A stretch of DNA of 64,000 bases from an uncultured Alphaproteobacteria bacterium (GCA_964611585.1 CAZTAK010000003.1:1871-65870); one strand, 5' to 3'; numbered from the stretch's first letter, positions 38,439 to 50,334 are shown. The notes: a model not told the origin generated them from the sequence alone. Translations and numbers: made by a program.

Positions 38439-39314
38439 ATGTTCAAGGGCTCAATTCCGGCGCTGATTACGCCCTTTCGCGGCGGCGCTGTAGATGAAAC
38501 GGCGTTCCAGAACATCGTCGCCTGGCAGATCGATTCCGGCAGCCACGGCCTGGTTCCGTGCGGGACCACGGGCGAATCGCCGACTCTCAACCACGCCGAG
38601 CACAAACGTGTCGTCGAATTGTGCGTTGAGGCGGCGGCCGGGCGTGTGCCGGTGATTGCGGGCACCGGGTCCAATTCCACTGCCGAGGCGATCGACCTCA
38701 CCCAGTACGCCGAAAAAGCGGGCGCCGATGGTGCGCTGGTGGTGGTGCCCTACTACAACAAGCCAACCCAGGAGGGCCTCTATCAGCACTTCAAGGCGAT
38801 CCAGGACGCCGTCGGCATCCCGATCCTGATCTACAACATCCCGGGCCGGACCTCGATCAACATGACGACCGACACGATGATGCGGCTGGCGGCGCTTCCC
38901 AACATCGTCGGGGTCAAGGACGCGACCTCCGACATCGCGCGCATCAGCGCCATGCGGATGCTGCTGGGCTCGGGCTTCTGCCAGCTTTCGGGCGAGGATG
39001 CGACCGTTCTCGCGGTGCTCGCCCATGGCGGCCACGGCTGCATTTCGGTCACCGCCAACGCCGCCCCCGCCCTGATGGTGGAATTCCTCGATGCATGGTT
39101 CGATGGGCGGCCCGGGGATGCGCTCGCGCTTCAGGACAAACTGATGCCGCTGCATACGGCGTTGTTTCTCGAAACCAGTCCGGCGCCGATCAAGTACGCG
39201 GTCAGTCTTCTTGGAAAGTGCAGCGATGAGATGCGCCTGCCGATGGTAACGTTGCAGGAAAAAACCAAGAAGAAGATTGAAGTCGCGATGGAATCGGCGG
39301 GGCTTCTGGGCTAG
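38439..39314 (+). CDS. dapA: 4-hydroxy-tetrahydrodipicolinate synthase
   Basis: 291 aa. N-terminus [38 protein letters not shown], as in DapA. Confidence 0.9.
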   Translation: MFKGSIPALITPFRGGAVDETAFQNIVAWQIDSGSHGLVPCGTTGESPTLNHAEHKRVVELCVEAAAGRVPVIAGTGSNSTAEAIDLTQYAEKAGADGALVVVPYYNKPTQEGLYQHFKAIQDAVGIPILIYNIPGRTSINMTTDTMMRLAALPNIVGVKDATSDIARISAMRMLLGSGFCQLSGEDATVLAVLAHGGHGCISVTANAAPALMVEFLDAWFDGRPGDALALQDKLMPLHTALFLETSPAPIKYAVSLLGKCSDEMRLPMVTLQEKTKKKIEVAMESAGLLG

Positions 39315-39318
39315 GCGG

Positions 39319-39792
39319 ATGGCGGCGGCAGAAGCCGCGGCAGGGCGCCGTATCGCGCAAAACCGCAAGGCCCGCCGCAACTACCAAATCGTCGAAACCC
39401 TCGAGGCGGGGATCGTGCTGACCGGAAGCGAGGTCAAGAGCCTGCGCGCAGGCCGGGCCTCGATTGCCGAATCCTATGCCACCGAAAAGGACGGCGAGCT
39501 GTTCCTGGTGAACGCCCATATTCCGGTGTACGAGGCGGCTGCCGAGGGCGGCCACGACCCGTACCGGCGGCGAAAACTTTTGCTGCACAAGCGGCAGCTT
39601 GCCAAATTCCTCGACGGCGTGCGGCGCGGCGGTATGACCATCGTACCCTTGTCGCTGTTCTTCAACGGCCGCGGCATGGTCAAGATCCAGATCGCACTGG
39701 CAAAAGGCAAGAAGGCGCACGACAAACGCGAAACGGAAAAGCGGCGCGACTGGAGCCGGCAGAAAGCGCGCCTGTTGCGGGGTCGTGGGTAG
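39319..39792 (+). CDS. smpB: SsrA-binding protein
   Basis: 157 aa with [10 protein letters not shown]...GSEVKSLR. Confidence 0.9.
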   Translation: MAAAEAAAGRRIAQNRKARRNYQIVETLEAGIVLTGSEVKSLRAGRASIAESYATEKDGELFLVNAHIPVYEAAAEGGHDPYRRRKLLLHKRQLAKFLDGVRRGGMTIVPLSLFFNGRGMVKIQIALAKGKKAHDKRETEKRRDWSRQKARLLRGRG

Positions 39793-39814
39793 CGGGTAAG
39801 GGGGCAAGGGGGGC

Positions 39815-39918
39815 GCATAGAGCTTTTCCCGTTCGCATGCGCTCACGCGAAAAGCTCTATCCCTTTGACATGGAACGCAAATCGTCGTCGCCGGCGATTC
39901 CGCCGGCTCGGGATTTGC
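39815..39918. repeat. about 105-bp structured repeat, copy A (minus-strand orientation, directly 3' of udg)
   Basis: The reverse complement is about 93% identical to 54763..54866. Internal 12-bp perfect stem ATAGAGCTTTTC..GAAAAGCTCTAT plus a GCAAATC..GATTTGC stem. Confidence 0.6.
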
Positions 39919-39919
39919 G

Positions 39920-40594
39920 CTAGACGGGCTTGGCCGTGCCGAGGCGCTTGCCGAGTTGCGCGACAACGTCGTGGAACATGGATTGCGTCAGGCGGCGGGT
40001 GTTCACGTTGTAGCGTGAGCAGTGATAGCTGTCGGCAAGCCACCGGCCATCGCCGAGGCCGTGAACCGCGCCGTGTCCGAACGGCGCCGCGCTGCGCTTG
40101 CGGGCCAACGTCGTCAGCACCGCGTTGTGGGCGATGACGCCGAGCGCGAGAATGCCGCTCAGGTTCTTCATCGCGGCAATCTCGGCTACCAGAAACGGGC
40201 GGCAGGCAGTGGCTTCGGGCCCGGTCGGCTTGTTTTGCGGCGGTACGCAGCGGACCGCATTGGTTATCCGGCAATCCGCCAGGACGAGTCCGTCGCCGGG
40301 GTCGGCGCCATAGACGTCGGTTGCGAAACCATACCGGACCAGGGTCGGATACAGCAGATCACCCGCGTAGTCGCCGGTGAACGGACGCCCGGTCCGGTTG
40401 GCTCCGCGCAAGCCCGGCGCCAGGCCGACGATCAGGAGGCGCGCATCGAGGCTGCCGAAAGATTCGACCGGTGCGTTGTGCCATGTGGATTCAGCGGCGC
40501 GGTTGGCGGCGCGGAACGAGGCGAGCCGGGGGCACAGGTTGCAGTCGCGTCCGGGCGCAGAGGGCGGCGCGTGCCGGCGCCCATCGGGGGGCAT
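39920..40594 (-). CDS. udg: uracil-DNA glycosylase, family 5 (UdgB-like, Fe-S)
   Basis: CxLCPRL and GLAPGLRGANRTGRPFTGDYAG motifs. Confidence 0.8.
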   Translation of the reverse strand: MPPDGRRHAPPSAPGRDCNLCPRLASFRAANRAAESTWHNAPVESFGSLDARLLIVGLAPGLRGANRTGRPFTGDYAGDLLYPTLVRYGFATDVYGADPGDGLVLADCRITNAVRCVPPQNKPTGPEATACRPFLVAEIAAMKNLSGILALGVIAHNAVLTTLARKRSAAPFGHGAVHGLGDGRWLADSYHCSRYNVNTRRLTQSMFHDVVAQLGKRLGTAKPV

Positions 40595-40620
40595 TGGCGT
40601 GCGGCTCAGGGGCGAGCGCC

Positions 40621-41229
40621 TCAGGCGGTATGCCGCAGGTCGGGGTCGGCAGGTTCCATCACTTCGGCCTCGCCCGGCCCGGCTTCCGGCTCCCGCGGCT
40701 GGACGTGGCGCGCGATCCGCGGCGCGATGTCCTGAAGTTCAATAAAATTGTCAGCTTGGCGGCGCAACTCGTCGGCTGCCATCGGCGGGTTCGAGGCGAC
40801 CGTGCTGACGACGGTCACGCGCACGCCCTTACGCTGGACCGCTTCCGCCAGGCGGCGAAAATCGCCGTCGCCCGAAAACAGAAAGATGTGATCGAGGTGG
40901 GGCGCCATTTCCATGACATCGATCGCCAGTTCGACGTCCATATTGCCTTTGATCTTGCGCCGCCCCGTCGGATCGGTAAATCCCTTGGTCGGTTTTGTTA
41001 CAAGGGTGTAGCCGTTGTAATCGAGCCAGTCGACCAGGGGCCGGATCGGTGAATACTCTTGATCCTCCATCATGGCGGTGTAGTACAACGCCCGAATCAA
41101 CCGTCCACGGCCGGAAAATTCTTCAAGAAGTTTCTTGTAGTCGATCTCGAACCCCAGCGCGCGGGCGGCGGCATAAAGGTTGGACCCGTCAATAAACAGG
41201 GCGATTCGATCGGATACCTCGGAATGCAT
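40621..41229 (-). CDS. NYN-domain (LabA-like) protein
   Basis: Start MHSEVSDRIALFIDGSNLYAAARALG. 202 aa. Confidence 0.7.
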   Translation of the reverse strand: MHSEVSDRIALFIDGSNLYAAARALGFEIDYKKLLEEFSGRGRLIRALYYTAMMEDQEYSPIRPLVDWLDYNGYTLVTKPTKGFTDPTGRRKIKGNMDVELAIDVMEMAPHLDHIFLFSGDGDFRRLAEAVQRKGVRVTVVSTVASNPPMAADELRRQADNFIELQDIAPRIARHVQPREPEAGPGEAEVMEPADPDLRHTA

Positions 41230-41339
41230 TTTGAATATCTCCTCGACAATAAAATAGAATTGCGCGGCCGGGGCTCGCACCGGGACAGGGCTGCTGCCAT
41301 GCTCGCGGCTCGAGCCGGTCCGCTAATAAGGACCCGACT

Positions 41340-41897
41340 ATGGAACGCGGCGGCGGCCGAGGGCAAGCTCGGGTGGTGCTAGACCACGAGGACGTGATCC
41401 TGATCGGTCTCGGCGCCAACCTGCCGGGGCCGAAGGGGTCCAGCCCGCGCGAAACGCTGGAACAGGCACTGATTTGCCTGCCGGACGAGGGTATCGCCGT
41501 TTGCGCGGTCTCACCCTTCTACCGCACCGCGCCGGTGCCGCCCTCGGATCAGCCCCGGTTCGTCAATGCCGTCGCCGCCGTCGAAAGTGCGCTTTCACCC
41601 GTGGCGCTGATGGCGGCATTGCACCGAATCGAGGCTTCCCTCGGCCGCACCCGTCGCGAGCGTTGGGAGGCGCGGGTGATCGATCTCGATCTCCTGGCGG
41701 CCGGCGGCACCGTTTTGAAGGGTGAGATCGGGCCGGAACTGCCTCATCCGCGCCTTTCCGGGCGTGCATTCGTGCTCTATCCACTGCGCGATGTCGCCCC
41801 CGGCTGGCACCACCCCGTCACCGGCGAGGGCATCGACGCCCTGATCGCGCGGCTGCCGCCGGATCAGGCCGTGGAACGGCTCGACGGGCCCCCATAA
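41340..41897 (+). CDS. folK: 2-amino-4-hydroxy-6-hydroxymethyldihydropteridine diphosphokinase
   Basis: ILIGLGANLPG...RWEARVIDLDLL motifs. Confidence 0.85.
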   Translation: MERGGGRGQARVVLDHEDVILIGLGANLPGPKGSSPRETLEQALICLPDEGIAVCAVSPFYRTAPVPPSDQPRFVNAVAAVESALSPVALMAALHRIEASLGRTRRERWEARVIDLDLLAAGGTVLKGEIGPELPHPRLSGRAFVLYPLRDVAPGWHHPVTGEGIDALIARLPPDQAVERLDGPP

Positions 41898-42016
41898 GAC
41901 GCGGTTGAGGCGCGCTCGCCCTTGCCTTGTGCGCCCGGCACACATATGTAATAAACCCGGAACAGGCGGTCGTAGCCGCCCGATCTGGCCCAATGCAGAC
42001 GATGGAGTGAACGCGC

Positions 42017-42517
42017 ATGGCCCGCGTAACCGTTGAAGATTGCGTCGAAGTCATTCCCAACCGGTTCGAGCTCGTGGTGCTGGCCGCCCAGCGCTCGCGC
42101 GAGGTTTCGGCTGGAGCACAGCTTACGCGCGAACGCGACAACGACAAGAACCCGGTCGTGGCCCTGCGCGAAATCGCCGAAAAGTCCGTCAAATCCGGTG
42201 AACTGATGGAATCCCTGATTCACGGCCTGCAAAAGCATGTCGAATCGGACGAGCCCGATGAAGACGACATGGCCGCCCTGATGACGGGCGACGAATGGCG
42301 CCGCGCCGCGGAAGAGCCTCCGCCCAAGCCCGAACCCGAGCCCGAAGTGAAGGCGGCCGTCTCCGAACCCACACACGAGCCTGAAGTGAAGCCGGAGGCC
42401 GAGACGCCCGTGCCGGCCGCGGCCACGCCTCCCGGCGAAGAACCCGGCGGCGCCGCAGAGGCGGCTCCCGAGGGGGCCGCGCCCGGCGATGAACTCCTCA
42501 ACACGGACGAGGGCTGA
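42017..42517 (+). CDS. rpoZ: RNA polymerase omega subunit with a long acidic/Pro-rich C-terminal tail
   Basis: [30 protein letters not shown]-terminus. Residues about 85-166 are low-complexity E/P/A-rich. Confidence 0.85.
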   Translation: MARVTVEDCVEVIPNRFELVVLAAQRSREVSAGAQLTRERDNDKNPVVALREIAEKSVKSGELMESLIHGLQKHVESDEPDEDDMAALMTGDEWRRAAEEPPPKPEPEPEVKAAVSEPTHEPEVKPEAETPVPAAATPPGEEPGGAAEAAPEGAAPGDELLNTDEG

Positions 42518-42622
42518 GCCGCGGCTCGTCGCACTCGGACGCCGGCGTCCCGCGCCGACACCGGCGCGCCCCAGAATTTGTTTCCGGCCGATTGACGGCC
42601 CCCGGCCCCGGAGGCGGGGCCG

Positions 42623-44773
42623 TTGATCCGGCAGGCCGATCTGATTGAGCGGGTTCGCAAGTACGACCCCGGCGTCGATGAAGACCTGCTCAATCGCGCT
42701 TACGTTTTTTCGATGAAGGCGCACGGCTCGCAGGTGCGGGCCTCGGGCGATCCCTATTTCTCGCATCCGCTCGAAGTGGCGGGGATCGTCACCGATCTCC
42801 GGCTCGACGACACCACTGTGGCCACCGCGCTGCTGCACGATACGGTCGAAGACACGATCGCGACTCTCGATCAGATCGAAGCCCGGTTCGGGCCCGAAAT
42901 CGCGCAAATGGTGGACGGCGTTACCAAATTGTCGCGGCTGGAATTGACCACCGGCGGCTCCCCTCAGGCCGAAAACTTTCGCAAGCTCTTACTGGCGATG
43001 TCGAACGACCTGCGCGTACTGCTGGTCAAGTTGGCCGATCGTCTCCACAACATGCGCACGCTTAGTTTTATCCGCGACCCGGAAAAGCGCCGCCGCATCG
43101 CGCACGAGACCATGGAAATCTATGCGCCGTTGGCGGAGCGCATCGGTATGCAGGCGATCAAGGAAGAACTACAGAATCTCGCTTTCGCCGAACTCAACGC
43201 CGAGGCGCGAAAATCAGTCTTGGCGCGCCTCGAATATCTGCGGATGGGCGGCGCCGATCTGGTGACGCGGATCTGCGAGGAACTCGAGCGCACGCTTGCA
43301 TCGGAGGGGCAGAGCGCAACCGTCTTGGGGCGCGAAAAAAGGCCCTATTCGATCTGGCGCAAGATGGAACAAAAGAATATTTCGTTCGAGCAGCTAGCCG
43401 ACATCATGGCGTTCCGGATCATCGTCGGGACCGACGCCGACTGTTACAGGGCGCTCGGCATCGTGCACGGCGCCTATCGCATGGTGCCGAACCGGTTCAA
43501 GGATTACATCTCGACGCCGAAGCGCAATAACTACCGATCCCTGCACACGACCGTCATCGGCCCCGAAAAACAGCGCATCGAGGTTCAGATACGGACGCGC
43601 AATATGCACGAGATTGCGGAACTAGGTGTGGCGGCGCATTGGACCTACAAGAGCCCGGGTGCGGAGAAATCCATACGGGAATACCGCTGGATTCGCGAAT
43701 TGCTCGACATTCTGGATCAGGCGTCCGACCCGGAGGAATTTCTCGAGCACACCAAACTCGAGATGTTTCAGGATCAGGTGTTTTGTTTCTCGCCCAAGGG
43801 TGACCTGATCGCCTTGCCGCGCGGGGCGACCCCGGTCGATTTTGCCTACGCCGTTCATACCGATGTCGGCGACACCACTGTCGGCGCCAAAGTCAACGGG
43901 CGAATCGCACCGCTTCGCACCGAACTGCACAACGGCGATCAGGTCGAGATCATCCGGTCCAAGGCGCAAACGCCATCCCCGACCTGGCAAGGTTTTGTCG
44001 TCACCGGCAAAGCGCGCTCGGCGGTACGGCGGTTCGTCCGTAATCAGGAACGTACCCAATTTGCCGATCTCGGACGCGCCATATTGGAGCGTGCCTTCGA
44101 ACATACCGGCCGCGAACTGTCGGACAAGGCGATCGGCAACGGACTCAAGAAGCTGGCGGCAAAGTCGGCCCAAGAGGTGTTTGAAAAAGTGGGCGAGGGC
44201 GTGTTGACCGCGCGCGAAGTGATCGAGGCCGTGCTGCCCGGCGAAAAGGCGGCGTGGCGGCTCGGCCTGCGGAGTCTCGCCGGCGCGTTTTCGCGCTCGC
44301 GCAATCCCAAGGGCGGCGACCGTGCGATCCCGATCCGGGGTCTAATTCCGGGGATGGCGGTTCACCTCGCGAATTGTTGCCATCCGTTGCCTGGCGATCG
44401 CATTGTCGGCATCGTGACTGAAGGCAAGGGCGTGACGATTCACACGATCGATTGTGAAAGTCTGGAGAACTATTCCAGTTCGCCCGAGAACTGGCTCGAC
44501 GTGGCCTGGAGCGTCGATGAGGAATCGACCGATTTTCATGTCGGCCGGATCGACGTGATCCTCACCAACGAACCCGGCAGCCTCAATGCCATGACCACGG
44601 TCATTGCCCGCAACCTCGGCAACATCAGCAATCTGAAAATCACCAACCGCTCGCCCGAAACTTTTGAATTCCTGATTGATGTCGAGGTCAAGGACGTGAA
44701 GCATCTGTCCAATATTGTCGCTGCGTTGCGCGCCGATCCGTCGATGCACACGGTCACACGGGTGCGCGGATGA
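42623..44773 (+). CDS. spoT: bifunctional (p)ppGpp synthetase/hydrolase (RelA/SpoT homologue)
   Basis: 716 aa with HD hydrolase, synthetase, TGS and ACT regions, for example [15 protein letters not shown]. Start uncertain. Confidence 0.9.
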   Translation: MIRQADLIERVRKYDPGVDEDLLNRAYVFSMKAHGSQVRASGDPYFSHPLEVAGIVTDLRLDDTTVATALLHDTVEDTIATLDQIEARFGPEIAQMVDGVTKLSRLELTTGGSPQAENFRKLLLAMSNDLRVLLVKLADRLHNMRTLSFIRDPEKRRRIAHETMEIYAPLAERIGMQAIKEELQNLAFAELNAEARKSVLARLEYLRMGGADLVTRICEELERTLASEGQSATVLGREKRPYSIWRKMEQKNISFEQLADIMAFRIIVGTDADCYRALGIVHGAYRMVPNRFKDYISTPKRNNYRSLHTTVIGPEKQRIEVQIRTRNMHEIAELGVAAHWTYKSPGAEKSIREYRWIRELLDILDQASDPEEFLEHTKLEMFQDQVFCFSPKGDLIALPRGATPVDFAYAVHTDVGDTTVGAKVNGRIAPLRTELHNGDQVEIIRSKAQTPSPTWQGFVVTGKARSAVRRFVRNQERTQFADLGRAILERAFEHTGRELSDKAIGNGLKKLAAKSAQEVFEKVGEGVLTAREVIEAVLPGEKAAWRLGLRSLAGAFSRSRNPKGGDRAIPIRGLIPGMAVHLANCCHPLPGDRIVGIVTEGKGVTIHTIDCESLENYSSSPENWLDVAWSVDEESTDFHVGRIDVILTNEPGSLNAMTTVIARNLGNISNLKITNRSPETFEFLIDVEVKDVKHLSNIVAALRADPSMHTVTRVRG

Positions 44774-45357
44774 CCCGGGAAGAAGTCCTCGCCGAATTTC
44801 GCGCCGCGGGCGCCTTGCTGGAGGGGCATTTCCTCCTGTCGTCGGGGAAACACAGTCCGGTCTATCTTCAGTGCGCCCGGGTGATGATGGACCCGGCCCG
44901 AGGCGGGCGCCTGTGTGCGGCGCTGGCGGATACGATCCGCGGCCGTCTCGGCGCCGATTCGATCGACATCGTCGTTTCGCCGGCCATGGGCGGCGTCATC
45001 GTCGGCTATGAATTGGCACGCCACCTCGGCCTGCCGGCGGTTTTTTCCGAGCGGGTTGACGGGTTGTTTGCCTTCCGGCGCGGTTTTGACCTGACTGCCG
45101 GGGCGAGGGTGCTGATGGCCGAAGATGTCGTCACGACCGGCAAAAGCTCGCGCGAGTGCATCGCCGCGATTGCCGCTGCGGGCGGAGTGACGGTGGCGGC
45201 AAGCTGCCTGATCGACCGAAGCAACGGCGCCGTCGATCTCGGCGTGCCGTTGATCGCGCTTGCGGGATATGCCGTCCCGGCGTATGAAGCGGACGCGCTG
45301 CCGCCCGACCTGGCGGCGCTTCCCGCTGTCAAGCCCGGAAGCCGCGGCCTGAGCTGA
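44770..45357 (+). CDS. pyrE: orotate phosphoribosyltransferase-like (type II PRTase)
   Basis: 195 aa. PRPP-binding loop [13 protein letters not shown]. Conserved position downstream of spoT. Confidence 0.7.
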   Translation: MTREEVLAEFRAAGALLEGHFLLSSGKHSPVYLQCARVMMDPARGGRLCAALADTIRGRLGADSIDIVVSPAMGGVIVGYELARHLGLPAVFSERVDGLFAFRRGFDLTAGARVLMAEDVVTTGKSSRECIAAIAAAGGVTVAASCLIDRSNGAVDLGVPLIALAGYAVPAYEADALPPDLAALPAVKPGSRGLS

Positions 45358-45368
45358 GAGAATCGAGA

Positions 45369-45959
45369 ATGCTGTTCCGCCGCAAACGACCAGCCAGCAT
45401 CCTGTTCCACCTGCGAAATCTGGTGTGGCCGCGCGCTGGATGGCGCCGAACGCTGACGTATATGAGCCATCGATTGAGCCGGCTACCGGGATCGCCCTAC
45501 AGCATTGCAGCGGGTCTCGCCTGCGGCGTGGCGATCTCGTTCACGCCTTTGCTCGGGTTCCACTTTCTGCTCGGCGCGCTCCTGGCGTGGGTGATGGGCG
45601 GAAACCTTCTGGCTTCGGCACTCGGCACCGTGGTGGGTAACCCGTGGACGTTCCCGATCATCTGGGTCTGGATCTTCTCCCTTGGCAACTGGATCATGGG
45701 CGCCAGCAGCCTGGAATTCGAACCCGCTAACGAATTCACCATGACCTTCTTGCGCGACAACGTCGTGAACGTCTTTTTGCCGATGCTGCTGGGCGGGATT
45801 CCGACCGCGATTGTGGTCTGGTTAGCGACCTATTTTCCGGTGCGATATCTGGTCGCGGGCTACCAGCGTGCACGGCGCGCGCGGCTGGCACGCAAAGCGA
45901 AAATAGATTCCGGGTTCAAGCGTCCGCGCCGCGCCTCCCACGGGCAGAGAGCACGCTGA
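45369..45959 (+). CDS. DUF2062 membrane protein
   Basis: 196 aa with 3-4 transmembrane segments. Conserved neighbour of pdxJ in alphaproteobacteria. Confidence 0.7.
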   Translation: MLFRRKRPASILFHLRNLVWPRAGWRRTLTYMSHRLSRLPGSPYSIAAGLACGVAISFTPLLGFHFLLGALLAWVMGGNLLASALGTVVGNPWTFPIIWVWIFSLGNWIMGASSLEFEPANEFTMTFLRDNVVNVFLPMLLGGIPTAIVVWLATYFPVRYLVAGYQRARRARLARKAKIDSGFKRPRRASHGQRAR

Positions 45960-46714
45960 TGGGCGACCCCCTTCGTCTGGGCGTAAACATCGATCACGTC
46001 GCAACCATCCGCAACGCGCGCGGGGAGCCGCATCCCGATCCGGTGCGCGCCGCACGCCTGGCAGCGGTCGCGGGCGCCGACGGCATTACAGCGCATCTGC
46101 GCGAGGATCGCCGCCACATCTCGGATGACGACATCGAACGTCTCCTGGATGCAATCGAGCTGCCGCTCAACCTCGAAATGGCACCGACCGAGGAAATGCA
46201 GGCCATCGCGTTGCGCCACAAACCACGCGCGGCCTGCCTGGTTCCTGAGCGCCGCGAGGAACGCACCACGGAAGGCGGTCTCGATGTCGAGGGCAGCGTC
46301 AAGGCGCTTAAACCGCTGGTGGCGCGGCTGGCAGACGCCGGTATCCGGGTTTCGGTGTTCATCGAGCCGGACGAGCGTCAATTGAACGCGGCGGCACGCA
46401 TCGGCGCGCCGGTGGTGGAACTGCACACCGGCGCCTACTGCCATGCCGAGGGCGCCGCCCGCGAGCGCGAACTCGCGCGTATCGTGGCGGGCGCACGAAA
46501 TGCCGCCGACCTCGGTCTCGAATGTCACGCCGGCCATGGCCTCGGCTTCGACACGGTCGGTGCGGTTGCCGCCGTACCCGAAATCGTCGAGCTCAACATC
46601 GGCCATTATCTGATCGGCGAAGCGGTCTTCAGCGGCCTCGAAAGTGCAATCAAACGCATGCGTGCCCTGATGGACGGCGCCCGCGCCCGCGTCATCGGCG
46701 CGGAAAGTGCCTGA
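45959..46714 (+). CDS. pdxJ: pyridoxine 5'-phosphate synthase
   Basis: [17 protein letters not shown]-terminus. Confidence 0.9.
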   Translation: MGDPLRLGVNIDHVATIRNARGEPHPDPVRAARLAAVAGADGITAHLREDRRHISDDDIERLLDAIELPLNLEMAPTEEMQAIALRHKPRAACLVPERREERTTEGGLDVEGSVKALKPLVARLADAGIRVSVFIEPDERQLNAAARIGAPVVELHTGAYCHAEGAARERELARIVAGARNAADLGLECHAGHGLGFDTVGAVAAVPEIVELNIGHYLIGEAVFSGLESAIKRMRALMDGARARVIGAESA

Positions 46715-46728
46715 GCGAAACCGTCCCC

Positions 46729-47136
46729 ATGATTATCGGTTTGGGTAGCGACATTATCGACATTCGGCGTATCGAGCGGACCCTCGACCGGTTCGGCGAC
46801 CGGTTCGTTGCCCGGGTGTTTACCAAGATCGAACGCGCCCGCTCGGAGCGCCGGACCAAGCGCGCGGCCTCGTATGCGCGGCGCTTCGCCGCCAAGGAGG
46901 CCTGCGCCAAGGCGCTCGGTACCGGCTTCCGCCGCGGCGTGTATTGGCGGGATCTTGGCGTTGTCAATCTGCCCGGCGGCAAACCGTCGATGGTTCTGAG
47001 CGGCGGCGCGCTCGAACGCCTGAGTGAATTGACGCCCCCGGGCATGCGCGTCCAGATCGACCTGTCGATTACCGACGACGAGCCCTTGGCCCAGGCCATC
47101 GTCATCATCACGGCGCTTCCCGCGGGCACGCCTTGA
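46729..47136 (+). CDS. acpS: holo-[acyl-carrier-protein] synthase
   Basis: Start [16 protein letters not shown]. 135 aa. Confidence 0.85.
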   Translation: MIIGLGSDIIDIRRIERTLDRFGDRFVARVFTKIERARSERRTKRAASYARRFAAKEACAKALGTGFRRGVYWRDLGVVNLPGGKPSMVLSGGALERLSELTPPGMRVQIDLSITDDEPLAQAIVIITALPAGTP

Positions 47137-47963
47137 CATCGCATTCATCGAACGGCAAGCCTGTGCCGCCCGGCGCTCCGGTGCCGGAATCCACCGGGCG
47201 GAAAGGAACCTCTGTGGCGAAAAACAAAGAAAAAAGTGGTGTGGGCGAAACCGTCCGCACGGTGATCTACGCTGTTTTGATTGCCGTGGTGATCCGCACC
47301 GTTGCCTACGAGCCGTTCAATATCCCGTCTGAATCGATGTTGCCGACGCTGCTGGTGGGCGATTATCTCTTCGTATCGAAGTTTTCGCTCGGCTACAGCC
47401 GCCATTCGCTGCCGTTTAGCTTGCCGCTATTCAGGGGCAGGGTGTTCGAACGGCCGCCGAAGCGGGGCGACGTGGTGGTGTTCAAACTGCCGCGCGACAA
47501 TTCCACCGACTTCATCAAGCGCGTGGTCGGCCTGCCGGGCGACCGGGTTCAGTTGATCGATGGCGTCTTGCATATCAACGACGAGCCGGTGCGGCGCGAG
47601 CGTATCAACGATTTCGTCGTCCAGGACGATGCCGGCAACGTGCATCGTGTTCCGCAGTATCTCGAAACCATGCCCAACGGGACCAGCTACCGCACGCTCG
47701 ACCTGGTGGACAACGGCCGTAGCGACAACACCCGCGTTTTTACCGTGCGTCCGGGGCATTTTTTCATGATGGGCGACAACCGCGACAATTCGCTCGACAG
47801 CCGGTTCTCCAGCGGTGTCGGCCAGGTGCCGGCCGTCAATCTGGTCGGTCGTGCCGAGTTCCTGTTCTTTTCGACCGACGGCGGCGCGCGATGGTGGGAA
47901 TTCTGGAATTGGCCGAACGCGACCCGTTTCACCCGCATGTTCCGGGGTGTAGGCGGGCAGTGA
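47133..47963 (+). CDS. lepB: signal peptidase I
   Basis: SESMLPTL and [11 protein letters not shown] motifs. Start may be downstream. Confidence 0.85.
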   Translation: MTSHSSNGKPVPPGAPVPESTGRKGTSVAKNKEKSGVGETVRTVIYAVLIAVVIRTVAYEPFNIPSESMLPTLLVGDYLFVSKFSLGYSRHSLPFSLPLFRGRVFERPPKRGDVVVFKLPRDNSTDFIKRVVGLPGDRVQLIDGVLHINDEPVRRERINDFVVQDDAGNVHRVPQYLETMPNGTSYRTLDLVDNGRSDNTRVFTVRPGHFFMMGDNRDNSLDSRFSSGVGQVPAVNLVGRAEFLFFSTDGGARWWEFWNWPNATRFTRMFRGVGGQ

Positions 47964-47973
47964 CGGGTGCAAC

Positions 47974-48660
47974 GTGACGCCCAAGCCCGTAGAGGACTTG
48001 TTTGCGGCCCTTGACTACCGGTTCCGCGACCCGGCGCTTCTCGATGAGGCCCTGACGCACCCGAGCGCCGAGCCCGCCGCGGGCGGCGCCCATTATGACC
48101 GGCTGGAATTTCTTGGCGACCGGGTCTTGGCACTGGTGGTCTCGGATCATCTGCTGCGGCGCTATGCGGACGCCGGCGCGGGCACGCTGGCACGTCAGTT
48201 GACGGCGCTGGTGCGGCGCGAATGCCTGGCGGACGTTGCCGCTGAAATTGGTCTTGGCGATTATCTGGTGCTGTCGGCGGGCGAGCGGGCCTCGGGCGGG
48301 CCGCGCAAACCGGCGATCCTCGCCGACGCCTGCGAAGCGTTGATCGCCGCGCTCTATCTCGACGGCGGGCTTGAGGCAGCGGCGTCCTTTGTCCATCGCT
48401 ACTGGGATCCGCGCGCAGAAGAGGTCGCCGCGGCGCCCAAGGACGCCAAGACCGCGTTGCAGGAATGGGCCCACGCCCACGGTGCCCCGGCGCCGCTCTA
48501 CACGGTAACCGGATCCGAGGGGCCAGCGCATGCGATCGAGTTCACCGTGACCGTAAGGGTGGGGGATCACCCGCCGGCCGAGGGACAGGGCCGGTCCAAG
48601 CGCGGCGCCCAGCAGCTGGCGGCGCAGGCGTTGCTTGCCACCCTCGACTGCGAAGGTTGA
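47974..48660 (+). CDS. rnc: ribonuclease III
   Basis: ERLEFLGDRVL signature and a dsRBD. Confidence 0.9.
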   Translation: MTPKPVEDLFAALDYRFRDPALLDEALTHPSAEPAAGGAHYDRLEFLGDRVLALVVSDHLLRRYADAGAGTLARQLTALVRRECLADVAAEIGLGDYLVLSAGERASGGPRKPAILADACEALIAALYLDGGLEAAASFVHRYWDPRAEEVAAAPKDAKTALQEWAHAHGAPAPLYTVTGSEGPAHAIEFTVTVRVGDHPPAEGQGRSKRGAQQLAAQALLATLDCEG

Positions 48661-48663
48661 TCG

Positions 48664-49584
48664 GTGGCGGCGGCGGAAACCACCCGGTGCGGCTACGTCG
48701 CCCTGATCGGCGCGCCGAATGCCGGCAAGTCGACTCTCCTCAATACGCTGGTGGGCTCGAAAATTGCCATCGTCACCCCCAAGGTGCAGACCACCCGCTC
48801 GCGCATCATCGGTATCGCCATTCACGGAACGGCGCAGATCATCTTTGTCGATACCCCCGGCATTTTCGAACCGCGCCGGCGCCTCGACCGTGCCATGGTA
48901 CGGGCCGCCTGGGTCGGGGCGAACGATGCCGACGTGCGCGTACTGCTGGTGGATGCGACCCGCGCCAAGAACGGTGTCGCCGATGGCGAAAGCGCCCGCA
49001 TCGTTGCAGATCTGCGCCGAACCGGGACGGATGCAATCCTCGCCCTCAACAAGATCGACGCGGTGGCGAAGAACTCGCTTCTCGCCTTGGCCGAAAATTC
49101 GAGCAAGGACGGGCCGTTCCTGGCCGTGTTCATGATCTCGGCGCTGGCCGGTGACGGTCTCGCCGATCTTGTGGATGACCTCGTCGCGCGGCTGCCGGAA
49201 GGACCGTGGCTCTATCCGGAGGACCAGATCGCCGAGGTTCCGTTGCGCCAGCTCGCGGCGGAAATTACGCGCGAAAAACTATATCTCGCGCTGCGCCAGG
49301 AACTTCCCTACGCCGCCACCGTCGAAACCGAATCCTGGAAGGAACGCGACGACGGCAGCGTTCGCATCGAACAGATTATTTACATCGAGCGCGACAGCCA
49401 AAAGGCAATCGTTCTCGGCAAAGGCGGGCGGCAGATCAAGGAAATTGGCGCCGCCTCGCGCATCGAGCTGGAACAGATGCTGGAGCGCCGGGTGCACCTG
49501 TTCATCTTCGTCAAGGTGCGCCCCAAGTGGGGCGACGATCCCGAACGCTACCGCGAAATAGGCTTGGAGTTTCCTGGGTCGTAA
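48664..49584 (+). CDS. era: GTPase Era
   Basis: GAPNAGKST, DTPG and NKID motifs with a KH domain. Confidence 0.9.
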   Translation: MAAAETTRCGYVALIGAPNAGKSTLLNTLVGSKIAIVTPKVQTTRSRIIGIAIHGTAQIIFVDTPGIFEPRRRLDRAMVRAAWVGANDADVRVLLVDATRAKNGVADGESARIVADLRRTGTDAILALNKIDAVAKNSLLALAENSSKDGPFLAVFMISALAGDGLADLVDDLVARLPEGPWLYPEDQIAEVPLRQLAAEITREKLYLALRQELPYAATVETESWKERDDGSVRIEQIIYIERDSQKAIVLGKGGRQIKEIGAASRIELEQMLERRVHLFIFVKVRPKWGDDPERYREIGLEFPGS

Positions 49585-50327
49585 TGCAGTGGTCTGATGC
49601 AGGCTTCATCTTGTCGGCGCGCAAGCACGGGGAATCGTCGGCGATCGTCAACATCCTGACGCGGCATCATGGGCGTCATGCAGGACTGGTGCGGGGCGGA
49701 GCCGGGCGGCGGTTGCGCGGCATCATTCAGCCCGGTAACGCGGTGGCGGCGTACTGGCGCGCGCGGCTGGCGGAGCACCTCGGAAGTTTTACCGTCGAAC
49801 TCGCAGGCGCGCACGCGGCGCCGCTGCTGGGCGATCCCGACCGGCTGGCGGCGCTCGCCTCGGCGTGCGCTGTCGCCGAGTCGCTATTGCCGGAGCGCGA
49901 AGTTCATGCCGCGGTGTACGAAGGCTTCCGGGTGTTGCTCGCGGCACTCGATTCCTCGCCCCAGTGGCAGGCCGTCTACGTGCGCTGGGAACTCGGGCTG
50001 CTGGCAGAGCTCGGCTTCGGGCTCGACCTCACGCGCTGCGCCGTGACCGGCACGGCCCAGGACCTCGTTTACGTGTCGCCGCGTTCGGGCCGGGCGGTTT
50101 CGGCGGCGGCGGGCGAACCCTATCGCGACCGCCTGCTGGCGCTTCCCGCCTTCCTGCTGTCGGCCGGGAACGGTGACCACCCGGGCCCGGAAGCGGTACG
50201 CGACGGACTGCTGCTGACCGGCTATTTCCTCGCCGGCCACGCCAGTGCCGCTCACCATCGCGGCCTTCCGCCGGCGCGTCGGCGGTTCGCAGACCGGTTC
50301 CGCGGTGGCACCATATCTAGTATATGA
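49584..50327 (+). CDS. recO: DNA repair protein RecO
   Basis: ATG overlapping the era stop (TAATG). Start [19 protein letters not shown]. Confidence 0.85.
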   Translation: MQWSDAGFILSARKHGESSAIVNILTRHHGRHAGLVRGGAGRRLRGIIQPGNAVAAYWRARLAEHLGSFTVELAGAHAAPLLGDPDRLAALASACAVAESLLPEREVHAAVYEGFRVLLAALDSSPQWQAVYVRWELGLLAELGFGLDLTRCAVTGTAQDLVYVSPRSGRAVSAAAGEPYRDRLLALPAFLLSAGNGDHPGPEAVRDGLLLTGYFLAGHASAAHHRGLPPARRRFADRFRGGTISSI

Positions 50328-50334
50328 TGGATTG

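Noticed and set aside
39793-39919. Checked whether the sequence after smpB could be tmRNA (ssrA)
   Set aside because: No tRNA-like 5' end or acceptor, and no tag reading frame. The region is instead the duplicated 105-bp repeat.
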